Assembly (NCBI GenBank): GCA_963804995.1
Contig: CAWDSK010000002.1
Location: 160,001 to 224,000, forward strand
Reading direction: 5' to 3'
DNA length: 64,000 nucleotides
Source of the DNA: an uncultured Acidobacteriota bacterium
Lineage (GTDB): Bacteria > Acidobacteriota > Terriglobia > UBA7540
Numbering within the stretch: position 1 is the stretch's first letter; every line of letters starts with the position of its first letter. Position numbers and translations under genes: made by a program. Shown here one piece after another: positions 20,050-29,750 of this stretch. The notes under the pieces are model-generated. The model did not search any database, was not told where the DNA came from, and was given only the letters and a program-made list of their open reading frames with translations.

Positions 20050-21342
20050 TTACCGAATTTCTTCCCGTGCGGCTTCATACATGGCCACGATGTTTTCCGG
20101 CGGCACGTTGGCCAGAATGTTGTGGACTTGTTGGAAGACGAACCCTCCGCCGGGCGCAAAGGTGCGGACGCGTTCGCGGACATGCTGCTTCACCGCAGCG
20201 GGTGCCTCAGACGCGAGCGCCGTCTGCGTATCACACCCCCCGCCCCAGAAGACCAGGTCGCGGCCAAAATCGGCTTTCAATCCTGCCGGGTCCATCCCTC
20301 GGCAGGAAGTCTGCACAGGATTTATAGCGTCAAGGCCGGCCTCGATGAGATCCGGAATCAGCTCGCGAACCCCGCCGCAGCAATGGAGCATCACTTTCAC
20401 ATTGGCTAGTTGCTTGGCGCGGTGCCAAAGCAGGCTGTGGCGAGGCTTGAAGAATTCGCAATACATCTTGCGCGACATGAACGGCCCGGTCTGCATCCCC
20501 AGGTTGTCGCCGAAGTTGATGACGTCAATGTAGCGGCCGACCGCTCCCAGAAAACGATCGAGGTTGGCGAGGTGAATTTCCACCACCCGGTCGAGAAAAT
20601 GGTGCGCCTGGGCGGGTTCGGCGGCGAGAAGCATCAGGAAGTTGTCATTGCGGTAAAGGAACTGGCCCATCTCGAAGAGATTTCCGCCGAACAAGCCGAT
20701 GATGGCGCGATCGGTGCTGGCCCGCAGCGCACGGGCGCCTTCCGCCAGTCGGCGTAGACCCTCGGGCCCATCGGCGAGCGGTCCCGGCGGGGCACGGCGC
20801 GCCGTCCACATGCACTCATTCATTGCCTCGGGAATCGTCTTCGGCCCACCCTCCTCGGCAAAGGGAAAATAGCATTGCTCGAAATAAAGCGCGCCGTCAG
20901 GCATGCGGGAGAGAACTTTTCCACTCTCCGAACGCATCACCCATTCGTTACCTCGACGCTCTGGCTGCGCCCATTCAAGCATCTGGCAGGGAGTCCCATC
21001 GGGCAAAACCCAGTCCGCCCACACGTCGTCAGCGAGCGCGAATCCCCGGCCGAGCTCGAGCGTGTCCACGCCAAACAAATCCAGCACATCCTTGTCCACG
21101 ATGGCAAGCTGCTGAACCGGGTCGTAAACACGCAGCGGCCTTTCGGGCAGTCGCAGATGCTTGCGCAGCTTGGCATAGGCAATCGCCGCGATTCCAGACG
21201 ATCGATGCCCGGAAAGGTCGATGGGAACCCGATCAGGTTCGCGATGATTGAGCGTCGCGAGCACGCGTTCCCGCGACGTCATCGGCGTGCTCCCTGCACT
21301 TGGTCTTGTTTCGACGGCACTCTGTGGCTTCTCGTTCCCCAT
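20050..21342 (-). CDS. Uroporphyrinogen-decarboxylase-fold (MtaA/CmuA-like) protein
   Basis: MTSRERVLATLNHREPDRVP, HCCG, LKADFG..L.FWGGG.DTQ, GGGFVFQQVHNI; start uncertain. Confidence 0.85.
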   Translation of the reverse strand: MGNEKPQSAVETRPSAGSTPMTSRERVLATLNHREPDRVPIDLSGHRSSGIAAIAYAKLRKHLRLPERPLRVYDPVQQLAIVDKDVLDLFGVDTLELGRGFALADDVWADWVLPDGTPCQMLEWAQPERRGNEWVMRSESGKVLSRMPDGALYFEQCYFPFAEEGGPKTIPEAMNECMWTARRAPPGPLADGPEGLRRLAEGARALRASTDRAIIGLFGGNLFEMGQFLYRNDNFLMLLAAEPAQAHHFLDRVVEIHLANLDRFLGAVGRYIDVINFGDNLGMQTGPFMSRKMYCEFFKPRHSLLWHRAKQLANVKVMLHCCGGVRELIPDLIEAGLDAINPVQTSCRGMDPAGLKADFGRDLVFWGGGCDTQTALASEAPAAVKQHVRERVRTFAPGGGFVFQQVHNILANVPPENIVAMYEAAREEIR

Positions 21343-21586
21343 GGCTCTACCTTCCAATTAATGTTGGCGAATGACCTGGGCAAGTCTAACGCAAGTCGGG
21401 GCGGTTCAATAGCCGCTAATTCGCGCGTGCGGGCAAGGTGTCTGGTGGGTGCACAAGTGGCGAAACCCGCTCCCAATCAATCGCGACGCCACGGCAACTT
21501 GCCGGCTTGCTCCCCTCTCACTGGTTCCGTCAAAGTTGCCAGTGTCGCATGCCACTAGGGCCGTGCATGTATCACCTTCGAAGAGA

Positions 21587-21654
21587 CCCCTCACCCGTCC
21601 CGCGCCGGCTGGTGAAAGCGCCGGCCGCGGTCCACCCTCTCCCCCCGGAGAGGG
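21587..21654. repeat. CCCTCACCC/CCCTCTCCC-type REP-like element (no insert)
   Basis: Near-identical to 50126..50194. Confidence 0.8.
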
Positions 21655-21768
21655 TTAGAAATCAGAATCACCGCTCACTCCCCTCGCCCACAAAGCCTTG
21701 AGCAACTCGCAATCCCGATGCTATGCTGCATGATTCAATACCAACGCACTTGTTTCCGGAGAGACGCC

Positions 21769-22755
21769 ATGCGTTTGCGCAAGCTCGGCAATAGTCCGCT
21801 GATGGTCTCGGCCCTGGGGTTGGGCTGCATGAGCATGTCTGATTACTATGGCCCCCGCCACGATGAGGAATCGCTCGCGACGATTCATCGCGCCCTGGAC
21901 CTGGATATCAATTTTTTGGACACGGCGGAAGTTTATGGCGGCGGTGACAATGAAATACTCGTCGGCAACGCCATCCGAGGCCGCCGCAACCAGGTTGTCT
22001 TGGCGACGAAGTTCGGCATGCCGCGCGATGCCGAAGGCCGCCCTTTGGGAATCAGCGGCCGCCCTGAATACGTCCGTCGAGCGTGCGAAGGCAGCCTGCG
22101 GCGGTTGCAGGTTGAAACCATCGACCTTTACTATCAGCACCGTGTGGATCGCACCGTGCCCATTGAGGAAACCGTGGGTGCCATGTCGCGCCTGGTAGAA
22201 GAGGGCAAGGTTCGTTTTCTGGGACTCTCTGAGGCCGCCCCCGCGACGATCCGGCGTGCGCACAAGACCCATCCGATTTCGGCGTTGCAGACGGAATACT
22301 CGCTCTGGAGCCGCGACCCCGAGGAAGAAATCCTTCCCGTGTGCCACGAATTGGGTCTCAGTTTCGTCGCTTATAGCCCGCTGGGCCGCGGGTTCCTTGC
22401 GGGCCGGTTCACGAGCCTGGAAGATCTGGCGCCGGATGACTGGCGGCGTAACAATCCGCGGTTTCAGGGTGAGAATCTTGAACGGAATCTGGAACTCGTC
22501 CGGCGCATCGAGCAGATCGCCACTGCGAAGGGTTGTAAGGCGTCGCAACTGGCGCTGGCCTGGGTCATGGCGCAGGGCGAAGAGATCATTCCCATTCCGG
22601 GGACCACGCGGCGCGCGCACCTGGAAGAAAACCTGGCGGCGCTCGAAATTACGCTGACCGCCGAAGACCTGCAGCGCCTGAACGAGGTGGTCCCCAAAGG
22701 GGCGGCGGCGGGGGAACGTTACCCCGAAGCAGGGATGAAAGTTGTCAACGGGTGA
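21769..22755 (+). CDS. Aldo/keto reductase
   Basis: [46 protein letters not shown]. Confidence 0.93.
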   Translation: MRLRKLGNSPLMVSALGLGCMSMSDYYGPRHDEESLATIHRALDLDINFLDTAEVYGGGDNEILVGNAIRGRRNQVVLATKFGMPRDAEGRPLGISGRPEYVRRACEGSLRRLQVETIDLYYQHRVDRTVPIEETVGAMSRLVEEGKVRFLGLSEAAPATIRRAHKTHPISALQTEYSLWSRDPEEEILPVCHELGLSFVAYSPLGRGFLAGRFTSLEDLAPDDWRRNNPRFQGENLERNLELVRRIEQIATAKGCKASQLALAWVMAQGEEIIPIPGTTRRAHLEENLAALEITLTAEDLQRLNEVVPKGAAAGERYPEAGMKVVNG

Positions 22756-22898
22756 GGTGGCCGCTTCGATCCGTTGGCGCTCCGAAAATCTGGACAACCA
22801 CAGCGGTGTGATACGATCTTTTCTTCGGGGTCTGCGCAAAATCCATACGACAGAATTCAGGGTCTTCTCAGCACGCAGAGTTTTGTTGAGGGGCAACG

Positions 22899-24305
22899 AT
22901 GGCGGATTATGACTTCGATATGCTGGTAATCGGATCGGGACCGGCTGGGCAGCGGGCGGCGATCCAGTCAGCGAAGCTTGGCAAGCGGACGGCCCTGCTC
23001 GAGCGCAAAGCCGTTATCGGCGGCGTTTGCATCAACACGGGGACCATTCCCAGTAAGACTCTGCGCGAAGCAGTGCTCTACCTTTCCGGCTATCGCCTGC
23101 GGAGCATTTACGGAGACTCCTATACCCTCAAACAGAATATAACGATTGAAGACCTTCTCTTCCGCACCGAGTATGTCATCCGCCACGAAATTGATGTCAC
23201 GCGCCACCAATTGCAGCGTAACGGCGTGGAGATGATCAACGCTGAGGCGGCCTTTGTGGATCCCCACACCCTGCGCCTGTCGATGGTGGATCGCTCCGGC
23301 GAGCGTACCGTGACCGCTGCCAATGTGATTATCGCCGCCGGGACTGAGGCCACGCGCGACCCCAAGATTCCCTTCGACGGCCAGAACATCTTTGTCAGTG
23401 ACGACATCCTGGGCATCAAGAAATTGCCCCGCACGCTGGCCGTGATCGGCGCCGGAGTGATCGGCTGCGAATACGCCAGCATCTTCGCGACGCTGGGCAT
23501 TCGCGTCACTCTGATCGATCGGCAGCATCGGCTTCTACCCTTCGTGGATGCCGAGATTGTTGAGGCACTCAACTACCATTTGCGGCAGAGCCGCATGACG
23601 CTGCGCTTCGGCGAAGCCGTAAGCGGAATCGAGTTGGCCCCGAATGGCTCGGACTCACGAGTAAAAATCCACCTGGCAAGTGGCAAGGAAATTGTGGCTG
23701 AAAAGGCCTTGTACAGCATTGGCCGCACCGGCGCCACGAGCAGGTTGAATCTGGAGGCGGCAGGACTTAAAGCTGACGAACGCGGCCGCCTGAAAGTGAA
23801 TGAGGATTACCAGACCGAGGTCCCGCACGTCTACGCGGCGGGCGACGTGATCGGCTTCCCCAGCCTCGCCTCAACTTCGCTTGAGCAGGGCCGCTTGGCC
23901 GCCTGCCACGCCTTCGGAGTGGAAGGCAAGAGCACTCCCGCACTTTTCCCCTACGGGATCTACACGATCCCGGAAATCTCTTACGTCGGAAAGAACGAGG
24001 AAGAGTTGACGCAGGCGAACGTCCCGTATGAAGTGGGGAAGGCCAGCTATCGCGAAATTGCTCGCGGTCAGATCATTGGCGACAGTATCGGGATGCTGAA
24101 GCTTCTCTTCCACCGCGAGACGCGTGAATTGCTGGGCGTGCATATCATCGGCGAAAGCGCCAGCGAGCTTATCCACATCGGGCAGGCGGTGCTGGCTTTT
24201 GGCGGAAAGATCGACTACTTCGTAAATACCGTCTTCAATTTTCCCACCCTCGCCGAATGCTACAAGAACGCCGCCTTCGACGGCGTTAACCGGTTGAACG
24301 GGTGA
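22899..24305 (+). CDS. sthA: Soluble pyridine nucleotide transhydrogenase
   Basis: IGSGPAGQ, GGVCINTGTIPSKTLREA (single Cys), GIYTIPEIS, VFNFPTLAECYK.AA. Confidence 0.93.
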   Translation: MADYDFDMLVIGSGPAGQRAAIQSAKLGKRTALLERKAVIGGVCINTGTIPSKTLREAVLYLSGYRLRSIYGDSYTLKQNITIEDLLFRTEYVIRHEIDVTRHQLQRNGVEMINAEAAFVDPHTLRLSMVDRSGERTVTAANVIIAAGTEATRDPKIPFDGQNIFVSDDILGIKKLPRTLAVIGAGVIGCEYASIFATLGIRVTLIDRQHRLLPFVDAEIVEALNYHLRQSRMTLRFGEAVSGIELAPNGSDSRVKIHLASGKEIVAEKALYSIGRTGATSRLNLEAAGLKADERGRLKVNEDYQTEVPHVYAAGDVIGFPSLASTSLEQGRLAACHAFGVEGKSTPALFPYGIYTIPEISYVGKNEEELTQANVPYEVGKASYREIARGQIIGDSIGMLKLLFHRETRELLGVHIIGESASELIHIGQAVLAFGGKIDYFVNTVFNFPTLAECYKNAAFDGVNRLNG

Positions 24306-24429
24306 GCAGTGACAAAGCCGTGCTAATGAATCGCCACCCGGTGTGTGCGTCCCCTGCGTATGGCCTTTGCTCTCTCTTCTTGAGTTTCTCTTTTGAATGA
24401 AATATAGTTGAAATATATGGAGGATTGAG

Positions 24430-24726
24430 ATGGCGACGCCGACGACGGTGTATATCAATCCGCAACAGCGAAAGCGGCTTTTTCAGCGCGCCAGACGGCG
24501 AAGGACAAGTTTCTCAGAGGAACTGCGTACTGCCTTGGACTTCTATCTGGACCTACCGCCGGACTTTGACCAGCAGGCTTTCGGCACGCTTGTGCAGGAA
24601 GCGCACGCATCCCTGGAGCGCAGTATGATGAGGCTGGACGCCATGTCGGACCGAGTGAGGACGACGGGAAGAAAACTCGACGAAATCGACCAAAGACTCG
24701 ATGAGCTTACCCAAAACCGTATATGA
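24430..24726 (+). CDS. Ribbon-helix-helix-like protein with coiled-coil C-terminus
   Basis: TTVYI...QRKRL...SFSEELRTALDFYL; strong GGAGG RBS. Confidence 0.7.
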   Translation: MATPTTVYINPQQRKRLFQRARRRRTSFSEELRTALDFYLDLPPDFDQQAFGTLVQEAHASLERSMMRLDAMSDRVRTTGRKLDEIDQRLDELTQNRI

Positions 24727-24940
24727 CGTGCTCAAGGCAGTAATGACGACCGAAACCAGGCTTGCGCACCTCGACGAGCAGTTGGCGGGTTTGAGCGACA
24801 AGGTTGAGGCGAACGCTTCCCGGTTTGCTGCTGTGATGGAGAACCATGCCGAACGCCTTGCCCGCCTGGAGGGAAAATTCGAACTCCTCGAAAACACCTT
24901 CTCCGCTCGCCGTCGCAGGCTTCCTCAAAAATCGTCCTAA
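24701..24940 (+). CDS. Small coiled-coil hypothetical protein (79 aa)
   Basis: Overlaps the upstream gene by 26 nt; heptad-rich ERLARLEGKFELLE. Confidence 0.65.
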   Translation: MSLPKTVYDVLKAVMTTETRLAHLDEQLAGLSDKVEANASRFAAVMENHAERLARLEGKFELLENTFSARRRRLPQKSS

Positions 24941-24944
24941 AGCC

Positions 24945-25066
24945 TAACTTGGACAGCGTGTTATGCCCCCTCCCAAGGTGTTTCCTGATGATTCCATCGA
25001 CCGAAGCGACATCCTGCTTTCCGTTGGAGGTTAATGCCACACGTACTTGGGCGCAGCCGGTCTCAT
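24945..25066 (-). pseudogene. Possible RelE/ParE-like toxin remnant
   Basis: ATG overlaps upstream stop (TAATG); with one added base reads MRPAAPKY(R)VALTSNGKQDVASVDGIIRKHL, then resemblance is lost. Confidence 0.4.
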
Positions 25067-25389
25067 TACTTACCGAAGACCTCTTCCATCGTGTGAAGCT
25101 TACCGGCCCGGACATGAGCATCAATCCGCTTCGCGAGTTTGCGAAGGCGCGTGGTGAGCTGGCGGTCGGCAAGGATTTCCAGGGTGGCTAAGACCGACTC
25201 ACGCTCGCGCATCCCGATCGCGGCGTGGTCTTTTCCCTCCAGGTGAAGCTCTACCGCCTCGCGCAAGTTGCGCGTGACTTCATCGAGGGTTTTCCCCTGC
25301 GTCACCACTGGAATCTCCAGACACTCGGCGACGTAACCAGATTGGTCGCCTCGACGGATTACGACTTTAATCGTGCGCTGTAGAGCCAT
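25066..25389 (-). CDS. HicB-like (UPF0150) antitoxin domain fused to a Phd/YefM-like C-terminal tail
   Basis: GYVAECLEIPVVTQGKTLDEV.RNLREAVELHLE followed by ESVLATLEILAD...AGKLHTMEEVFG; GGAGG RBS. Confidence 0.75.
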   Translation of the reverse strand: MALQRTIKVVIRRGDQSGYVAECLEIPVVTQGKTLDEVTRNLREAVELHLEGKDHAAIGMRERESVLATLEILADRQLTTRLRKLAKRIDAHVRAGKLHTMEEVFGK

Positions 25390-25489
25390 CAGGTTGACCT
25401 CCGCTCGTGTCGGGCTCACAGTCCGTGTCAACAGATTGATTTTTCCGCAATCCTTACACGGCGGCCTGAGAAGACCCGCGCCAGCGCGG

Positions 25490-26296
25490 CTACTGTTTGT
25501 TAAGTTCTGGTTCTCGGCCCGTTTTCTGTCGTGTACGCGCTAGTGCGTACAACTCAGCCGCAGCGACGATCCCCATCTTTCTGAGGTCTCGCGGCTTTCG
25601 CTCTCTTTTTGCTGTTACACATGGAACCGGCGCCCAGGCAAAAAAGAAATCCTTCCTTGGGTTGAGTTGGCTATATCGTTTACCTTGGGCCAATTTCTTG
25701 AAAAATCTCATAGCTGCACTGTGGTGCGACCCATCTTCGAGGCCCAGAACAAATTGTGCGAGCCGGGTTTTCAGCCCCGCATGGTTACTCATACCAATGT
25801 AGAATATATCTCTCTCGTCTAAGCGCCTGCCTCCAAGATTCTCGTCGGAGTATGCGATGGCGTAGATGCCTGGGTATTCGCCGCCCTCGCGAGCGCTAAT
25901 CTCCAAGTGCTCGGGATCAAGCTTCGTCCATTTCCGCGAGAAGAGGCGGGATAAGACTTCGCCGACCGTGGGGATGGGGCCATTGAGTTCTGCCTTCGAT
26001 CGGTCGGGCCGTGGGGGAGCGTCACCGACACAGAAACCCAACTGACGAAAGACTTCGTTTGTGAACCTGCCGCCGGAAAATGTGCTTGTGGACTGTCCAA
26101 TTGCCAAGCCCAGAACACGCTTCGGCGGGTATATCTGGCCGTCATGAATCACTGCAAATTTCGTCCCGGCGATCGGCTCTTTCACTCTATACTTCCTATC
26201 GAATTCTTTCATTGCCAAAAGGATTCTGGATCGGTCCACACGGAAGGTATCGTGATGTAACTTCAGAATTACGAAACCGGTTGTCCGGCGCTTCAT
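25490..26296 (-). CDS. Putative GIY-YIG nuclease with ScoMcrA-head-like N-terminal domain
   Basis: N-terminal DGQIYPPKRVLGLA..FSGG..TN..FRQLGF; C-terminal YPGIYAI...FYIGMS...LKTRL...E...PELN; AGGAGG RBS. Confidence 0.7.
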   Translation of the reverse strand: MKRRTTGFVILKLHHDTFRVDRSRILLAMKEFDRKYRVKEPIAGTKFAVIHDGQIYPPKRVLGLAIGQSTSTFSGGRFTNEVFRQLGFCVGDAPPRPDRSKAELNGPIPTVGEVLSRLFSRKWTKLDPEHLEISAREGGEYPGIYAIAYSDENLGGRRLDERDIFYIGMSNHAGLKTRLAQFVLGLEDGSHHSAAMRFFKKLAQGKRYSQLNPRKDFFFAWAPVPCVTAKRERKPRDLRKMGIVAAAELYALARTRQKTGREPELNKQ

Positions 26297-26378
26297 CGTT
26301 CCCTCCTAGCGGCGGTTGAGCACTTTATGTCTTCGCTTTCCATTGCTCTCCGAGCGGGGCTTCCTACTCCGTAGTCCC

Positions 26379-27549
26379 CTACTTATACGCCGGCATGCCG
26401 GTCACGTGCTCGCCGATGATCAGCGTGTGGATATTGTGCGTGCCTTCGTAGGTGAACACCGATTCCAGATTGCACATGTGGCGGAAGATCGGGTATTCAT
26501 CCGCGACGCCGTTCGCGCCCAGGATGTCGCGGGCAGCGCGGGCCACGTTCGAGCGCTATCTTCACGTTGTTGCGCTTCACCATGGAGATGTGGGCAAAGT
26601 CAGCACGACCCAGGTCTTTCACGCGTCCCACCTGAAGTGCCAGCAACTGAGCCTTGGTGATCTCCGTGATCATGTCGGCGAATTTCGCTTGCACAAGCTG
26701 GTGGGTGGCGATGGGCTTGTTGTCAAACTGCTTGCGCACCTTGGCGTATTCCAGCGCCTCGTTGTAGCAGGCCATCGCCGCGCCGATTGCGCCCCAGCCA
26801 ATGCCGTAGCGGGCCTGGGTCAGGCAGCTCAGTGGACCTTTCAATCCCCGTGTCTGGGGAAGCATGTTACTTTCCGGCACACGAACATCCTGAAGTGAGA
26901 GTGTGGACGTCACAGACGCGCGGAGCGACCACTTCCCTTTGATATCCTTTGCTGTGTAGCCCGGCGTGCCTTTCTCCACCAGGAATCCGCGAATCCCTTC
27001 GTCAGTCCGCGCCCACACCAACGCCACATCGGCAATGGTACCGGAGGTAATCCACGCCTTCTCGCCGTTCAGGATATAGTCACTCCCATCCTTCACGGCG
27101 CGCGCACGCATGCCGGCGGGATTGGATCCGAAATCAGGCTCCGTCAATCCAAAGCAACCGATGGCCTTGCCCTGTTGCAGCGCAGGCAACCAGCGATTTT
27201 TCTGCTCCTCGGACCCATACTGGTGGATGGGGTACATCACCAGCGCCCCCTGGACGCTCACGAAGCTGCGCAGTCCGCTGTCGCCACGCTCCAGCTCCTG
27301 CATGATCAGCCCATACTGCACGTTGGACAGGCCCGCGCAGCCGTACCCTTCAAGGTTGGCGCCATAAAAACCCAAATCGGCCATGACCGGTACCAGGTGC
27401 AGAGGAAACTTGCCCTCGCGGTTCCATGCTTCGACATGAGGAATGATTTCTCGCTCGACGAACTCGCGCACGGTCTGGCGCACCAACTTTTCCTCGTCGT
27501 TCAACAGGGAATCGATTTCCAGGTAGTCAACGCCATGAAAAGCAAACAT
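26379..27549 (-). CDS. Acyl-CoA dehydrogenase (glutaryl-CoA dehydrogenase-like); one-base frameshift at about 26548
   Basis: [25 protein letters not shown]; rejoined C-terminus [16 protein letters not shown]...[15 protein letters not shown]. Confidence 0.9.
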
Positions 27550-27572
27550 ACGGCCTCCTTAATTTCCCGGTG

Positions 27573-28232
27573 TCAGGCGCCGGACATCTCACTCAAAGGC
27601 CCACGCATTTTTGCGAGGGCCTGGTCGATCTGCACGAGGGAGTCCTCCATGGCTCCCTCGGTCGTATCCACTACCAGGTCCGCGTGCGCTTTGGTTGGCT
27701 CAATATGGAGGCGATGCATGGGCCGGATGCTATTCCGGTATTGTGTGACGGTGGAATCGAGCGTCCGGCCGCGCTCGCGCACATCTCTCAGCAAACGGCG
27801 CAGCAGGCGGATGTCCGCGTCGGCATCAACGTAGATCTTCAGGCCCATCAGCGCGCGCAGCCGCTCGTCGCACAGCGCCATAAGCCCCTCAATGATCACC
27901 AAGGGAGCGGGACGAACCTCCACGATTTCCGCAGTTCGCGTGTGGGTTACAAAACAATAGTGAGGTTTGGGGATGGGCCGACCAGCGACGAGCCGCTCGA
28001 CATGGTGCACGAGCAAATCATAATCCAAGGCAGCGGGCTCGTCATAGTTGGTAAGAACACGCTCCTCAAAGCTGAGGTGCGCCTGGTCCTTGTAGTAAGA
28101 GTCCTGGTCCAGGATGACTGTGCCCAGGCTGGAGTATCGCGCGGCCAGCCGTTCGGCAAGAGTTGTCTTGCCCGTTCCTGTTCCACCTCCTATCCCGATA
28201 ATGAAAGGGCGGCGCGTAGAGAGAGAGGACAT
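27573..28232 (-). CDS. udk: Uridine kinase
   Basis: IIGIGGGTGTGKTT, QDSYYKD, NYDEP.A.D, RRL.RDV.ERGR, IEPTK..AD. Confidence 0.9.
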   Translation of the reverse strand: MSSLSTRRPFIIGIGGGTGTGKTTLAERLAARYSSLGTVILDQDSYYKDQAHLSFEERVLTNYDEPAALDYDLLVHHVERLVAGRPIPKPHYCFVTHTRTAEIVEVRPAPLVIIEGLMALCDERLRALMGLKIYVDADADIRLLRRLLRDVRERGRTLDSTVTQYRNSIRPMHRLHIEPTKAHADLVVDTTEGAMEDSLVQIDQALAKMRGPLSEMSGA

Positions 28233-28375
28233 GGTGATGAGGCAAGACTCGGGTTCGCGGAGGCTGCGGTCGCGGCCCGCCTCCAGCTTACCTGAAGGTC
28301 AGCAAGCCAGCATTCTAGTGGGCGGCAAGGGGTGGGTCAAGGAAGCTGCCCGGCGGGTAGTGTTTCAGTTTGATG

Positions 28376-28425
28376 ATGTAGCGGCGAGTTCACCTCGCCA
28401 AATGGCGGCGTAAAGCCGCCTCTAC
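28376..28425. repeat. GTAG-type REP doublet
   Basis: ATGTAGCGGCGAGTTCACCTCGCC...GGCGGCGTAAAGCCGCCTCTAC; relative at 6355..6418. Confidence 0.75.
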
Positions 28426-28538
28426 CGCAAACTGCAACACTACCAACTGGCGTCCCCTTTGCAGAACGGGGGGAGGTAGCCAGGCCGCCCCACGGTGATT
28501 TTGGAATCGTGCCGTGCCAGCATATAATCAAAATCCTT

Positions 28539-29579
28539 ATGGACGAACGCAAGCGGCTGACCGCGATGGTGAAAGCGGCGGGTTGAGCGGCCAAGTTGAG
28601 TCCAAGTATTTTGGACTCGGTGCTCTCCAAGTTGCCGAAACAATTCGACCCCAACGTGCTGGTAGGCTTCGAAACTGCCGACGACGCCGGAGTGTATCAA
28701 GTCACCCCCGAATTGGCGCTGGTGCAGACCGTTGATTTCTTTACGCCCATCGTGGATGACCCGTACACCTTCGGCCAGATCGCCGCCGCGAATTCCCTCA
28801 GCGATGTTTACGCGATGGGGGGGCGGCCAATTTCCGCGCTGTCCATCGTCGGGTTTCCGAACACCGGGCGCGACGTCGAGATTCTCGAGAAGATCCTCCA
28901 GGGTGGTCTCGCCAAGATGCAGGAGGCGGGCTGCACGGTGATTGGGGGCCACTCCATCGGCGACGACGAAATCAAATTCGGCTACGCCGTGACCGGGCTC
29001 ATTGATCCGGCCCGCGTGTTGAAGAATGTGGGCGCGCGGCCGGGTGACCGGCTGGTCCTGACCAAGCGCCTCGGAACGGGCGTGATTGGCACTGCCCTGA
29101 AGCAAGACCGCGCGAGCAAACTTTCGGTCGAAGCGGCCATCGAATCCATGTGCACTCTGAATCGGGCGGCCTGCCAGGTGGCCTTGCAGTTCGACGTGCA
29201 CGCCGCCACCGACGTCACCGGCTTCGGATTGCTTGGCCACGCGCGGGAAATGGCGGCGGGCAGCAAAGTGAGTTTCGTGTTCGACTCGACTCAAATCGGC
29301 TTCCTGCCGGAAGCGATTGAATATGCTCGCCAGGGTTTTCTTCCCGGCGGTTTGAAGCGGAACATGGATTTCATTGGCGGCTGCGTGGAGTTCGGCGAGC
29401 CCGTCGTGCAGGAAATCCGAAATCTGCTTTTCGACCCGCAAACCTCCGGTGGGATGTTGTTCTCCGTGACCTCTCAGCAGGCCAGCCAGCTTGTGGAAGC
29501 CCTCCGCGCCAAGGGAGTGGAGGGGCGGCAGGTGGGCGAAGTCATCGAGAAAACGCATCCCCTCATTCAGGTTCGTTGA
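28539..29579 (+). CDS. selD: Selenide, water dikinase with selenocysteine (UGA at 28584..28586)
   Basis: MDERKRLTAMVKAAG-U-AAKLSP in frame with DDAGVY, QTVDFFTPIVDDPY.FG.IAAANSLSDVYAMGG, TDVTGFGLLGH, DPQTSGG. Confidence 0.93.
28598..28618 (+). promoter_or_regulatory. Putative bacterial SECIS hairpin
   Basis: GAGTCCAA-GTATT-TTGGACTC, perfect 8-bp stem beginning 11 nt after the UGA, G at the start of the loop. Confidence 0.75.
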
Positions 29580-29750
29580 ATGCACGTTGACATGTGCCCA
29601 CCGATGCCGGGGCTCATCCTGCCCCCTTGAGGCTGGTCACCCCGACGTGCTCGTTGCTGATGAGTGGGGTTGTTGCGCCGCAGTGGAGGCAAAAGCCGGA
29701 GCGGCCGCCAGTGAAACCTGCATTGCACCTTTTGTCAAACACAGGTTAAT

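Noticed and set aside
29580..29750. Possible tRNA-Sec next to selD
   Set aside because: No cloverleaf, TTC(G/A)A T-loop or TCA anticodon arm recognised
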